Shown piece after piece: positions 19,632 through 28,695 of a stretch of 64,000 nt of DNA. The DNA comes from an uncultured Chthonomonadaceae bacterium (GTDB lineage: Bacteria > Armatimonadota > Chthonomonadetes > Chthonomonadales > Chthonomonadaceae), in assembly GCA_963835065.1 (NCBI GenBank), contig CAWIEK010000054.1, positions 79,062 through 143,061 on the forward strand, given 5' to 3'. Positions within the stretch are counted from its first letter, which is position 1. Each line of letters opens with the position of its first letter. The notes beneath the pieces were generated by a model that was not told the DNA's origin, did not search any database, and saw nothing but the letters and a program-made list of their open reading frames with translations. Made by a program: the position numbers and the translations under genes.

Positions 19632-21623
19632 CTATTTCAGGGAGCGGCCGAAGGGAGGAACCAGGCCCTGTTCGACGGCGAGACGGGTGGCTTCCGTGCG
19701 GTTGGTGACGTCCAATTTGGTGAACAGGTTGGACAGGTGGTACTCGACGGTTTTGGGAGCGATGAACAAGGCGGTGGCGATCTCTTTATTGCGCGCCCCC
19801 TGCGCCAGAAGCTGCAAAATCTCGCGTTCGCGCTCGTTCAGGTCGAAACGCCCGTGTCCTGACGCCAGCGCCGCAAGATGATCCGTGACAACCGGAGCCA
19901 GCAGGGATTTGCCCCGGTGCGCCGCCTGTATCGCCGCCACCAATTCCGTCGCGTTGGTATCTTTCAGCAGAAACCCCCGCGCGCCCAATCCCAACGCTTC
20001 CGAAATCGCATGTTCCGTGTGCAGCGTCGTCAAAATCACGACAGGAACTTTGGGCTTGCGGATATGCAGCCGCCGCAAGCCTTCCAGTCCGTCCACATCC
20101 GGCATCTGCAAGTCCATCAGCACGACATCCGGCTCGATGAGCAGGGTTTGCTCCACCGCCTGCGCCCCATTCGCCGCTTCCCCGACCACAACGACTTCGG
20201 GGCTGGTTTGCAGCATCACCCGTATTCCCTGCCGCGCCAGCGCATGGTCATCCACAATCAACACTTTAATCGGGTTGAGGGGGGCAGGAGTTGATAGTTG
20301 ATAGTTGATAGTTGATGGCGCATCCTCTGCTTCTGTCTTCTGTCTTCTGTCTTCTGTCTTCCCTTCTGTTCCCTGTTCCCTGTTCCCTGTTCCCTGATGA
20401 ATGGGCGTGGCCGGGCGGTAGGGCAGGGACACGCGCAGTCGGGTTCCCCAGCCGGGGGTGCTGTCTATGTGCAGCATCGCGCCGACGAGTTGGGCGCGTT
20501 CGCGGATACCGAACAGGCCATAGCCGCTTTCGGGACCGGGAGTACGCTCGGCTTCAGGGTCAAATCCAACGCCGTCATCTTCAATGAGCAGGGTGACTTC
20601 CTTTGCGCCATATTGCAGACCGACGCGGATACGCTGCGGCTGCGCGTGTTTACGGGCGTTGGTCAGGGCTTCCTGCGCGATGCGGAGCAGGGACGCGCGC
20701 TGATCGGGCGTCAGCGGCTGTTCCTCACCCGAAAGGATAAACTGCGTGGCAATACCCAACTCGGTTTCCAGTTGCTCGGCTTCCTGCGCAATCGCCTGCG
20801 CGGGCGACAGCGCTTCGGCGGCGGAAGCGGCCAGGCCGCGCACCGCGCGGCGCGTATCTTCCAGCGCGGTTTTCGCCAGCCCGTGCGCCTGTGTCAGCAT
20901 CTCTTCAGCCCCGGCAATGTCGGAGCGTCGCAGCGCGATGCGCGTGGTTTCGATTTGCAGAATCACGACAACAAGAGCCTGCGCAACGGTATCGTGGATT
21001 TCGCGCGCCAAGCGGTTGCGCTCTTCCAGCATGGCGATTTCGCGCTGCTGTTCAATGCGCTGCGACAGGGCGATTGCCAGCGTTCCCATATCCGCCAGGC
21101 TTTGAAAACCTTCCATTTCCTCCGGCGCGAACTCTCGACCGGCCTCCGGGTAGACTACAAGCGCGCCGGCAAAGCGCTGCTCATATTGCAGCGTAATCAT
21201 CAGCAGGCTGGAAATATTTTCGTCCCGGTACAGTTGGCGCAGTTCGGGGCTGAGTTCGTTATCTTCCTGCACGTTAGGTGCGAAGATGGGCTGCCCGGAT
21301 GCCTGCGCGCGGCGGAGAATGGGAGACATGGGCACGACCTGCGTGACCGCGTTGGCGTATTCCAGCGACACATTGCGCAGAGCAATCGGCGCGATACGGC
21401 CCTGCTCGTCCCGCAAAAACAGGCCGATGCGCTCCACATGCAAATGTCGGGCGATCACCTCGCTGATCAAACGCGCCACTTCCGCCAGGGGCTTGCCTTC
21501 CAGAATGGCGGCGGCTACTTCCCGTCCATAAAATTGTGTCGGCGCATTGGCGTCACATTCCGCAGTTGTCGCTATTCGTGGCTGCATCTTTCTCACCACT
21601 CCCCTTCCGGCATACTCGCGCAT
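19632..21623 (-). CDS. Fused GAF-HisKA_3-HATPase-REC-LuxR hybrid regulator
   Basis: EERNRLAREIHD, QEALTNARKHA, DDGVGF, VDDH, MDLQMP, REREIL...NKEIA...KTVEYH. Confidence 0.9.
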   Translation of the reverse strand: MREYAGRGVVRKMQPRIATTAECDANAPTQFYGREVAAAILEGKPLAEVARLISEVIARHLHVERIGLFLRDEQGRIAPIALRNVSLEYANAVTQVVPMSPILRRAQASGQPIFAPNVQEDNELSPELRQLYRDENISSLLMITLQYEQRFAGALVVYPEAGREFAPEEMEGFQSLADMGTLAIALSQRIEQQREIAMLEERNRLAREIHDTVAQALVVVILQIETTRIALRRSDIAGAEEMLTQAHGLAKTALEDTRRAVRGLAASAAEALSPAQAIAQEAEQLETELGIATQFILSGEEQPLTPDQRASLLRIAQEALTNARKHAQPQRIRVGLQYGAKEVTLLIEDDGVGFDPEAERTPGPESGYGLFGIRERAQLVGAMLHIDSTPGWGTRLRVSLPYRPATPIHQGTGNREQGTEGKTEDRRQKTEAEDAPSTINYQLSTPAPLNPIKVLIVDDHALARQGIRVMLQTSPEVVVVGEAANGAQAVEQTLLIEPDVVLMDLQMPDVDGLEGLRRLHIRKPKVPVVILTTLHTEHAISEALGLGARGFLLKDTNATELVAAIQAAHRGKSLLAPVVTDHLAALASGHGRFDLNEREREILQLLAQGARNKEIATALFIAPKTVEYHLSNLFTKLDVTNRTEATRLAVEQGLVPPFGRSLK
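20272..20396. repeat. In-frame heptamer cassette forming kinase-REC linker
   Basis: GGGAACA, GAAGACA, TCAACTA arrays. Confidence 0.95.
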
Positions 21624-22729
21624 CCCGCTTCGCGCAGTTCGGCGTTGCCGTCACGCCCGCCTGCCGCTACCCAAACCATGCGCCCCTGTTGATGCGCCCG
21701 CAGACATTCCGCCGCCATGCCGCCCCCCGCGCGCACATCGAGGGCAATAATCAGATCGGCCAGCGCGTACAGCATCCGGTCCCGGCGGCGCAGGTTCGCG
21801 CCCAATGCGTGATCGTCCAGCCGAAACGGGGAAAGCGCCAGATCGCGGGTCGTGTCGAAGACGGTTTCGCGGATGCGGGCGGCGGCGAACGGCGGGCGAT
21901 CAAAGGCGGGGCCAAGCGCGTCGCGCAGGCCGCGATCCAGCACGTAAAGCGTCGGGCGATTCTGGCGCTGAGCCGCCAGTGCCACCCGCTTGTACGGCGT
22001 CCGGTCATGCCCTGTCACGGGAACGCACCCGCGCCCGATGAGAATCGCCGCCATCTCATCCATGCGCTTCATCGTGGCATTATCCGCGCCATTGGAAACC
22101 GCAATGCTGAACAGGAACGGCGCGCGGGCGGCTTGGCGGGGCGCGACAACCGCCGGAACTTGTTCCTGATGTTCGGCATTACCATTGGTATCTGTATTAT
22201 CGGTGTTTGTTCGGTAAAGTTGAGCCGATGTTTTTACAGGTTTGCGAGAAGCGGACGCAGACGGCTGTATTGGCTGTGAAGCAGGCTGTGCCGTTGCTTT
22301 CGGCACGGCGGGCGCAGTCACTTCGGGGCGAATAGGCGCAGGCGAAAGCAGGCCGAGATTGCCCAATGCGTACACGATGGGCGGGGGCGCGTCGTCGAAA
22401 CGCTCCAAACGGTCAGGGTACGCGGGGCTTTGAGGCGTGAGAACGTGCAGATTGTGCTGCCGGACGGTTCGCGCCAGTTCTTCGGCCTGCGCGCGCAATC
22501 GTTCCTGTTGTTCGCACAGCATAGCGGCGGCGCGGGCATCGAGTTCGCAGCGGGTTTGCCATTCGTCTGCCGACCATTGCAGGCAGGTTTCGGGGTCAAG
22601 GCGGCGCGACGTGAGGTGATGAAGCAGGCGAGTCAGCGTTTTTTCACCAACGTTCGGGATGCTGTGCAGCAGCAGGGCGAAGCGGGTAAAACCGAGGGGT
22701 TCCGTGCTTGTTTTGGGGTCACGGTTCAC
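21593..22729 (-). CDS. dprA: Divergent DprA/Smf-family DNA processing protein
   Basis: IPNVGEKT HhH, YPDRL...PPIVYALGN, RRDRMLYALAD; low-complexity insertion. Confidence 0.7.
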   Translation of the reverse strand: MNRDPKTSTEPLGFTRFALLLHSIPNVGEKTLTRLLHHLTSRRLDPETCLQWSADEWQTRCELDARAAAMLCEQQERLRAQAEELARTVRQHNLHVLTPQSPAYPDRLERFDDAPPPIVYALGNLGLLSPAPIRPEVTAPAVPKATAQPASQPIQPSASASRKPVKTSAQLYRTNTDNTDTNGNAEHQEQVPAVVAPRQAARAPFLFSIAVSNGADNATMKRMDEMAAILIGRGCVPVTGHDRTPYKRVALAAQRQNRPTLYVLDRGLRDALGPAFDRPPFAAARIRETVFDTTRDLALSPFRLDDHALGANLRRRDRMLYALADLIIALDVRAGGGMAAECLRAHQQGRMVWVAAGGRDGNAELREAGCASMPEGEW

Positions 22730-22903
22730 GGCAATCTGCTTTCTCGACAGGGCGAGGACAAAAACAAACGTCCGGCTTCTGAAATAGTTTTGTACCGAAC
22801 TATTTCAACAGTATACCCGATTTTTCTCACCCCGGACGCTTTTGTACAAAGATATATCGAACGTATGCCGCTTTTCTACATCTATATCAAGGCCGGTAGA
22901 AAT

Positions 22904-23374
22904 TTAGAATGTGGCGGCATCTTTCCTCAAGACGGCTCCATGCTTTTGCGGCTCGAAACCGACAGGCCAGAGCGTGTCTTCGTCATAGGTTGCGCCGTTC
23001 ATGCGGGTTCCTGCCAGGCTGGCATTGGTGAAGTCTGCCGCAAGAATGTAAGCCTCCCGCAAATCCGCTCTGTCAAGACAAGCGCCGACAAAAGAAGTTC
23101 CTGAAAGCGTGGCCTTGCGCAGCGAAGCCCCATGCAGCCAGGCTCCGTCAAGAAAAGCGTTCGCAAGACACGCGGAAGTAAAGTTCGCTTCCTGCAAATC
23201 AGCCTGTTCCAGTTCGGCATTGCGGACGTCGGCTGCTTTAAAAGACGCCCCGCTCATCTTTGCGCCTTGCAAGTTGACGCGATGCAAGTCCTGGCCGTCC
23301 AGATTGACATTTTCCAGCGTGTCCGCCTCTACATAAATAACCTTCCCGGTAACGCGACTTTTAATTTCAATCAT
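22904..23374 (-). CDS. Pentapeptide repeat protein
   Basis: A(D/N)LxxA repeats; C-terminal YDEDTLWPVGFEP. Confidence 0.9.
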   Translation of the reverse strand: MIEIKSRVTGKVIYVEADTLENVNLDGQDLHRVNLQGAKMSGASFKAADVRNAELEQADLQEANFTSACLANAFLDGAWLHGASLRKATLSGTSFVGACLDRADLREAYILAADFTNASLAGTRMNGATYDEDTLWPVGFEPQKHGAVLRKDAATF

Positions 23375-23676
23375 GGTTTTCCATTCAAGAAGCAGTAGCC
23401 GCCCGGCCAGCGAACCGGGTCAACAACCAATTGTCCCCACGTAAATGTCCTTGCAAACGGCTCCGAACTTAGAACCAAAACCGGTTCGATGTGCGCTAAT
23501 CGAGCGGCAATATAGCGATGATGCCCGTCAATAATGACATTGCCGTTGTATTTAATTTCCCTGCCAATCCAACTCCAGGTTCCGGCTTGCATCATCAAAA
23601 TCATGTCGTTGATTTTCGGGCCGGATACTTGTGGCTGACGCGCCAGAAACTTGTTTCTGAATGGCAGCGGTGTCAA
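23371..23676 (-). CDS. Small ParB/Srx-like domain protein or fragment
   Basis: IIDGHHRYIAA motif; overlaps dapB stop and pentapeptide gene start. Confidence 0.6.
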   Translation of the reverse strand: MTPLPFRNKFLARQPQVSGPKINDMILMMQAGTWSWIGREIKYNGNVIIDGHHRYIAARLAHIEPVLVLSSEPFARTFTWGQLVVDPVRWPGGYCFLNGKP

Positions 23677-24572
23677 AGCAAATTCTCTAAACCAACGACA
23701 AGCCCGTTCAGGCCGCGTACTTTGCGGACGGCTAACACAACACCCGGCATGAACGAGGTGCGGTTGGTGGAATCATGCCGGATGGTGAGGATTTCGCCCA
23801 CGCCGCCGAAGATCACTTCCTGATGCGCGACGAAACCGGGCAGGCGGACGCTGTGGATGGGAATATCGCCCGTGTTGACGTGCCGCGCCCCACGCGCTCC
23901 CGGCGCTTTCTCAATGGTATTTTCGGGCGTCGGCGTTGGCGTTTGTCCCGCTTCCTGCCGCGCCTGCGCGATCTTCTGCGCCGTCAGCAGCGCCGTGCCG
24001 GAAGGCGAGTCCAGTTTCTTTTCGTGGTGCAGTTCGATGATTTCCACGTCCGGCAAATAGCGCGCGGCCTGCGCCGCAAACTGCATTGCCAGTACCGCGC
24101 CAATGGCAAAGTTGGGCGCGATAAATGCCCCAACGCCCTTTTGCTGCGCCAGCGAATCCAGAAAGGCTAATTCGGTAAGCGCAAGCCCGGTTGTTCCAAT
24201 CACCGGCGAAACACGGTTATCCAGCGCTACAACCGCATTGTGTTTCACGCTGTCCGGCAGCGTAAAATCAACCATAACGCTCGGATGCGTCCGCACAATG
24301 GCCGTGTGCAGATCGCTTTCAATCCAAACACCTGCCCTGCCGATACCCGCAAGGTCGCCTGCGTCCGAACCGATTGCCGCCACATCTACGGCCGCCACCA
24401 ACTGCAAACCCGGCGCTTCTCGGACGGCCCTGACAACCTCGCGCCCCATGCGCCCTGCCGCGCCGCAGACAAGGACGCGGATCACGTTTGTATCCTCATC
24501 TACAGTTTCCTGTTGTGCCAACACCTGCATTCCCATGCCGCCCTGTGTAATTTGTGTCATTTCCTCACTCAT
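23673..24572 (-). CDS. dapB: 4-hydroxy-tetrahydrodipicolinate reductase
   Basis: GAAGRMG, DFT, GTTG, APNFAIG, ELHHEKKLDSPSGTA. Confidence 0.96.
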   Translation of the reverse strand: MSEEMTQITQGGMGMQVLAQQETVDEDTNVIRVLVCGAAGRMGREVVRAVREAPGLQLVAAVDVAAIGSDAGDLAGIGRAGVWIESDLHTAIVRTHPSVMVDFTLPDSVKHNAVVALDNRVSPVIGTTGLALTELAFLDSLAQQKGVGAFIAPNFAIGAVLAMQFAAQAARYLPDVEIIELHHEKKLDSPSGTALLTAQKIAQARQEAGQTPTPTPENTIEKAPGARGARHVNTGDIPIHSVRLPGFVAHQEVIFGGVGEILTIRHDSTNRTSFMPGVVLAVRKVRGLNGLVVGLENLL

Positions 24573-24611
24573 GCTTACATTTCCGGCGTCGCCTGCCGTT
24601 ATTCTTTGTTT

Positions 24612-25983
24612 TCATGCGGATTGATTAAAGTCCGCCAACCGGATTGTTTCAAGACGGGCGTAAACGGCTTCCAAAAACCGCCCTATCTGAACCGCGATGT
24701 CTTCGGGCGCTTCGCCATCCGTCGCAAGCCGCTACAGCAGGGCGTCCTCATCCTCCGACCAGGGGATGGGCGTACCGGCAGCGGTTTGGCGCGTTCGCGC
24801 AAACTGCTGCCGCCACAACAATTGGTCCGGCTTACTGTCCCATTTGCCGTTTGCTTTGTCGTTTACTTTATCGTTTGGATTATGGTCCGGGTTGCTGTCC
24901 TGCTTGGCGGCTTGTTTACGACGCGGCCTGCTCACCCTCGGCAGTACACTTTCCGAAGGGATTGGAGCAGCGTCCGCTTGTGGCTGCGCAGGAACAAACG
25001 AAGGCAGCATACCGGCGACAATGCCGCTTGCGGTTACAGACGTACGCCCTTCGGTGACGGCAGCCACCTGATTTTGGACGGCTGCGGCCTGCATGTTGCC
25101 GACAAAAGCCTGCATATCGCGGACAAGAGTGGGTATATCATCCGCAAACGGATCAGGGTAAGCCGTTAAGTCCGGTGAACTTGTATACGCGGGAATGGAT
25201 ACATCCGTTTTTCTCCTGCGGGACTTGCCTGTCTTGCGTTCCACTCCTCTGGCATTGCTGCCGGTGACTTTGCTTTGCTCTGCGTTGAGCGCTTCTGAGG
25301 GAACCACAACGCCGGCAACCAATTTGTAGCAGTGTTCTATGCCGCCTTCCACAGTGGCAAACGGTTCGCCCAGGCTGATGGTGAGCCACACTTCCGCATT
25401 GTCGGCAAGGCGGGCGGCCTGATAGGGATGTGTGCCGGCCTTCAAATGCAATAGGCGCTGTTCCCAAACCGGATCGGTCAGGGGCAGATTGTATTCCGCG
25501 CCGTCCAATGTGAACACAACGCGCGTTCGCCGTTCGCCTTCCTTGTTCGCTGCGATAAGCCATTGCAGGTTTTCCGGCGCTGACCAGCGCAAGCGAGTGG
25601 GCGACGGGATGCTCTTGCAGGAAAGCATACGCGATCTTGTCTTCCGTATTGCCAAGCAGCGGGCCGGGCGACAATTGCAAACGCAGCCATTCGCGCCGGT
25701 CACTTTCCGACGCGCTTGCTACCCGCTCCCAACGCAGCGCCATCACATTCCAATCTTCCGGGTGGTGCGGACGGGGATTGGGACGCGAACAGTGTACCCG
25801 CAACGTGTCCAGCAACTGCGGTTCCATATCATCGGGAAGCGTGTAATGGTGCGAAAACAGGACGCCCTCGGCATTGGAGCCGACAGGCCGCAGCCAGCCC
25901 TTGCCATCCGTCCGTAGCCCCGCCACGCACCGCCCGTGCCGTTTCCGCGAATTGGCAAGACACACAATCTCGAACGTCGGCAT
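24612..25983 (-). CDS. Dual-OB-type protein with C-terminal Myb-like HTH (frameshift ~25580, in-frame TAG 24732)
   Basis: IVCLANSRK..GRCVAG..WLRPV, EDW, YNLPLTDP, LTISLGEPF...CYKLVAGV. Confidence 0.7.
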
Positions 25984-26115
25984 TGCCTCACTCCCTGCAC
26001 TGCCATTGTCTTGAACCATGATTTTCCATGCTTCGGATGATACCCGTGAGGAACGCGCCTCCTCAATCATGGTAATCACATAAATCATGGAAGATCATGG
26101 TTCAGACAAAATAAA

Positions 26116-26553
26116 TCACAAATCCACAATCTGCAAATCGCCCCACTTTTCCTGCAAATACTCAACGACAAGACGCCGGTGGCAATGCTCGGACGTGGCT
26201 TCGCTGCACAACAGCGCGGTGGGAACCATGAAAAGGGTACGGTCCAGCGTGGTTTCAATCTGCCGTTCGCGCATCAGGGCCAGAAAGCGCGTCTCGTATT
26301 CCGCCCAATCCCCTTTGTGTTTCTTGTAAGCGTCCAGCATTTCCTGCGTGGGAGCCAGCCGCGTGTCGTGTTCATACATGATGCCGCCGATCTCGCGCAA
26401 AAAGTACGCCAGGTCGTCGCGCTTGGCAAACCCGGCCAGTTGCGAGACATTGTTCAGGCGCACATCCAGCAGGCGCTTTACGCCCGCCTGCTTCAGCGAC
26501 TCGAAGAACTGCCGGGCCGTTTTTTGCGTGAAACCGATTGTGTAGACCTCCAC
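26116..26553 (-). CDS. DUF488 family protein
   Basis: YTIGF, LLDVRL, SQLAGFAK, LLCSE...CHRRLV. Confidence 0.9.
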   Translation of the reverse strand: MEVYTIGFTQKTARQFFESLKQAGVKRLLDVRLNNVSQLAGFAKRDDLAYFLREIGGIMYEHDTRLAPTQEMLDAYKKHKGDWAEYETRFLALMRERQIETTLDRTLFMVPTALLCSEATSEHCHRRLVVEYLQEKWGDLQIVDL

Positions 26554-27125
26554 GCCGTCAATTCCTCCTCATCCCCGAACAGCGATTGCTGCCCGCCGTC
26601 ATCTTCTTCTGCTTTCATTTCTTCCGCCGTCAGTTCCGCTTCGGTTTGCAGCCTGCCATCCCCCCGAATGTGCATAACCTGCGCCCCGCGTTCGCCCAAC
26701 ACGCGCCCGATCAGCAGCCGCCGGTGACAAATCGCCGGGTTTTCCTCGCTGCACATCAGCGCAATCCGGTGCTGACTCGCGCCCTTCTCCACCTTTGCCA
26801 CGCCGGACAGAAATTCCGGCGTTTGCGCCACCAGATCGTAGCGCACATGCCCCTGCGCGTCGTAAAACTCCCCGCCGTCCGGTCTGCCGCCCAATTCCTG
26901 CCCCAAAAACACAAAACGCGCTCCCGCCCCCTCTACAGCAGGCCGAAGCGCGTCATGGTTGAAATGCGGCACAAAGCGGGAGTGCGGGCGTGACCGCGTA
27001 TCCACCAGCACGTCAATCCCATGCTGATGCAGCAGCCCCAAAAACACATCCAGCGCATGATTGGAGTGCCCCACCGTAAACACCACGCGCCCCGCATCCG
27101 AAACCTCTGCCATGTGCCTATACAC
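26493..27125 (-). CDS. DUF488 family protein
   Basis: TVGHSN, LVDTRSRP, ELGGRP, LMCSEENPAICHR, HI. Confidence 0.9.
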   Translation of the reverse strand: MYRHMAEVSDAGRVVFTVGHSNHALDVFLGLLHQHGIDVLVDTRSRPHSRFVPHFNHDALRPAVEGAGARFVFLGQELGGRPDGGEFYDAQGHVRYDLVAQTPEFLSGVAKVEKGASQHRIALMCSEENPAICHRRLLIGRVLGERGAQVMHIRGDGRLQTEAELTAEEMKAEEDDGGQQSLFGDEEELTAWRSTQSVSRKKRPGSSSSR

Positions 27126-27134
27126 TCCAGAAAC

Positions 27135-27325
27135 AAACCACGGAGAACACGGAGGACACGGGGAGGAAAAGGGAAAAACAAAATGATATATTTACCACGA
27201 AGGACATGGATAACGCGGATCAACGCAGATTAACAGCAGAACTCAAATTATCCGTGTTCATCTGTTTCATCCGTGTCCTCCGTGGTTCACGTTTCCCCTT
27301 CTCCTCCCCGTGTTCCCCGTGGTTT
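27135..27325. repeat. Nested 9-bp-periodic ACCAC palindrome
   Basis: AAACCACGGAGAACACGG..CCGTGTTCCCCGTGGTTT outer pair, ACCACGAAGGACA..TGTCCTCCGTGGT inner pair. Confidence 0.8.
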
Positions 27326-28589
27326 ACTTCTCCTCTTTCTTGCGCGGGAAGGCTCCAATCGCCGTGAGGGTCAGGTTGTCCTCATTCAGCACGTGGTCGG
27401 CGACTTCCGCGATGCTGTCGTGGGTGACGGCTTCGTATTCGGCCAGCACTTCGCTAATGGGAATCACGCGGTCATAGGAAAGGAGCGAATCGCCGTAGCG
27501 GTTCATGCGGGCGTTCATGCTTTCCAGCCCTAAGACAACCGCGCCACGCACCTGCGTTTTGGCTTTAGTCAGTTCGTCGTCGGTCAGGCCGTTTTTGCGC
27601 ACGTTGGCGAACTCTTTGCGCGTCAGGTCCAAAACCTGCTCGTAGGTGTCGGGGCTTGTGCCGCCGTACACGCAGAAGTAGCCGCCGTCGAGATAGGAGC
27701 GGCCATAGGAACCGATGGCATACGCCAGTCCGCGCTTTTCGCGGATTTCCTGAAACAAGCGCGAACTCATGTTGCCGCCCAAAACGTTGTTGAGAATGGA
27801 CAGCGAGTAGCGTTTCTTATCGGCCTTGCTGTAGCCGTCCGTGCCCATCACAAAATGCACCTGCTCCACGTCACGCTTTTTCACCTGCTTGCTTTTGCCG
27901 GACGCTTTCGGGCTTTTGCCGCCGCGTTCGGGAGCCAGGCCGCTCAAATCGCCAAGCGCGTCCTGCGAAATGCGAACCAGTTCCTCGTGTTCCAGATTGC
28001 CCGCGCCGGAAACCACGATGCGGTCAGGGCGATACTGCGTGGCGATATAGTTGGTAATATCGTCACGGGACAGGCCGGACACGGTTTTGTCGCTGCCGAT
28101 GATCGGCTGTCCGAGCGGATGCTTGCCGAACAGGGTCTGCTCGAAGATGTCATGCACCATTTCTTCGGGCGTGTCCTCGTACATCTTGATTTCTTCCAGC
28201 ACGACCCGCTTTTCCCGCTCCATTTCTTCGGCATCGAACAGCGAGTTGCGGAACATATCGGTCAGAATGTCAAGCGCAAGGGCGGTGTCTTCGGCCAGAA
28301 CGCGGGTTTCGTAGCACGTCGTCTCCTTGCCCGTAAAGGCGTTGAGATGCCCGCCCCGCGATTCGATTTCATCGGCGATTTCCCGCGCCGTGCGCTTGCG
28401 GGTTCCCTTGAACAGCATGTGTTCGATGAAATGCGAGATGCCCCGGCGCGGATCGTCTTCATCCCGCGACCCGATCCCGACCCACAGCCCGACGGACGCG
28501 GACTGCACATAAGTAACGGTTTCGGAAACCACGCGAACGCCATTGGGCAGCGTGGTAATTTGTATATTTTCAGTGGTTGGCTTGGTCAT
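27324..28589 (-). CDS. M16 (pitrilysin-family) Zn peptidase
   Basis: GISHFIEHMLFKGT (HXXEH), LNAFT, SSRLFQEIREKRGLAY. Confidence 0.95.
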   Translation of the reverse strand: MTKPTTENIQITTLPNGVRVVSETVTYVQSASVGLWVGIGSRDEDDPRRGISHFIEHMLFKGTRKRTAREIADEIESRGGHLNAFTGKETTCYETRVLAEDTALALDILTDMFRNSLFDAEEMEREKRVVLEEIKMYEDTPEEMVHDIFEQTLFGKHPLGQPIIGSDKTVSGLSRDDITNYIATQYRPDRIVVSGAGNLEHEELVRISQDALGDLSGLAPERGGKSPKASGKSKQVKKRDVEQVHFVMGTDGYSKADKKRYSLSILNNVLGGNMSSRLFQEIREKRGLAYAIGSYGRSYLDGGYFCVYGGTSPDTYEQVLDLTRKEFANVRKNGLTDDELTKAKTQVRGAVVLGLESMNARMNRYGDSLLSYDRVIPISEVLAEYEAVTHDSIAEVADHVLNEDNLTLTAIGAFPRKKEEK

Positions 28590-28695
28590 AGTCAGTATAA
28601 TACCACAGGAGCAGGGTTTTAGGGTTCTATGGTTTTAGGGTTTTAGGGAAGCAGAGTGTTGAGCATCGGTGTTCGAGGAAGGCAGGTACTCGGCT

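Noticed and set aside
28613..28648. Telomere-like TTTTAGGG repeats / eukaryotic contamination
   Set aside because: Only ~4 units embedded in bacterial operon context; member of the local array family
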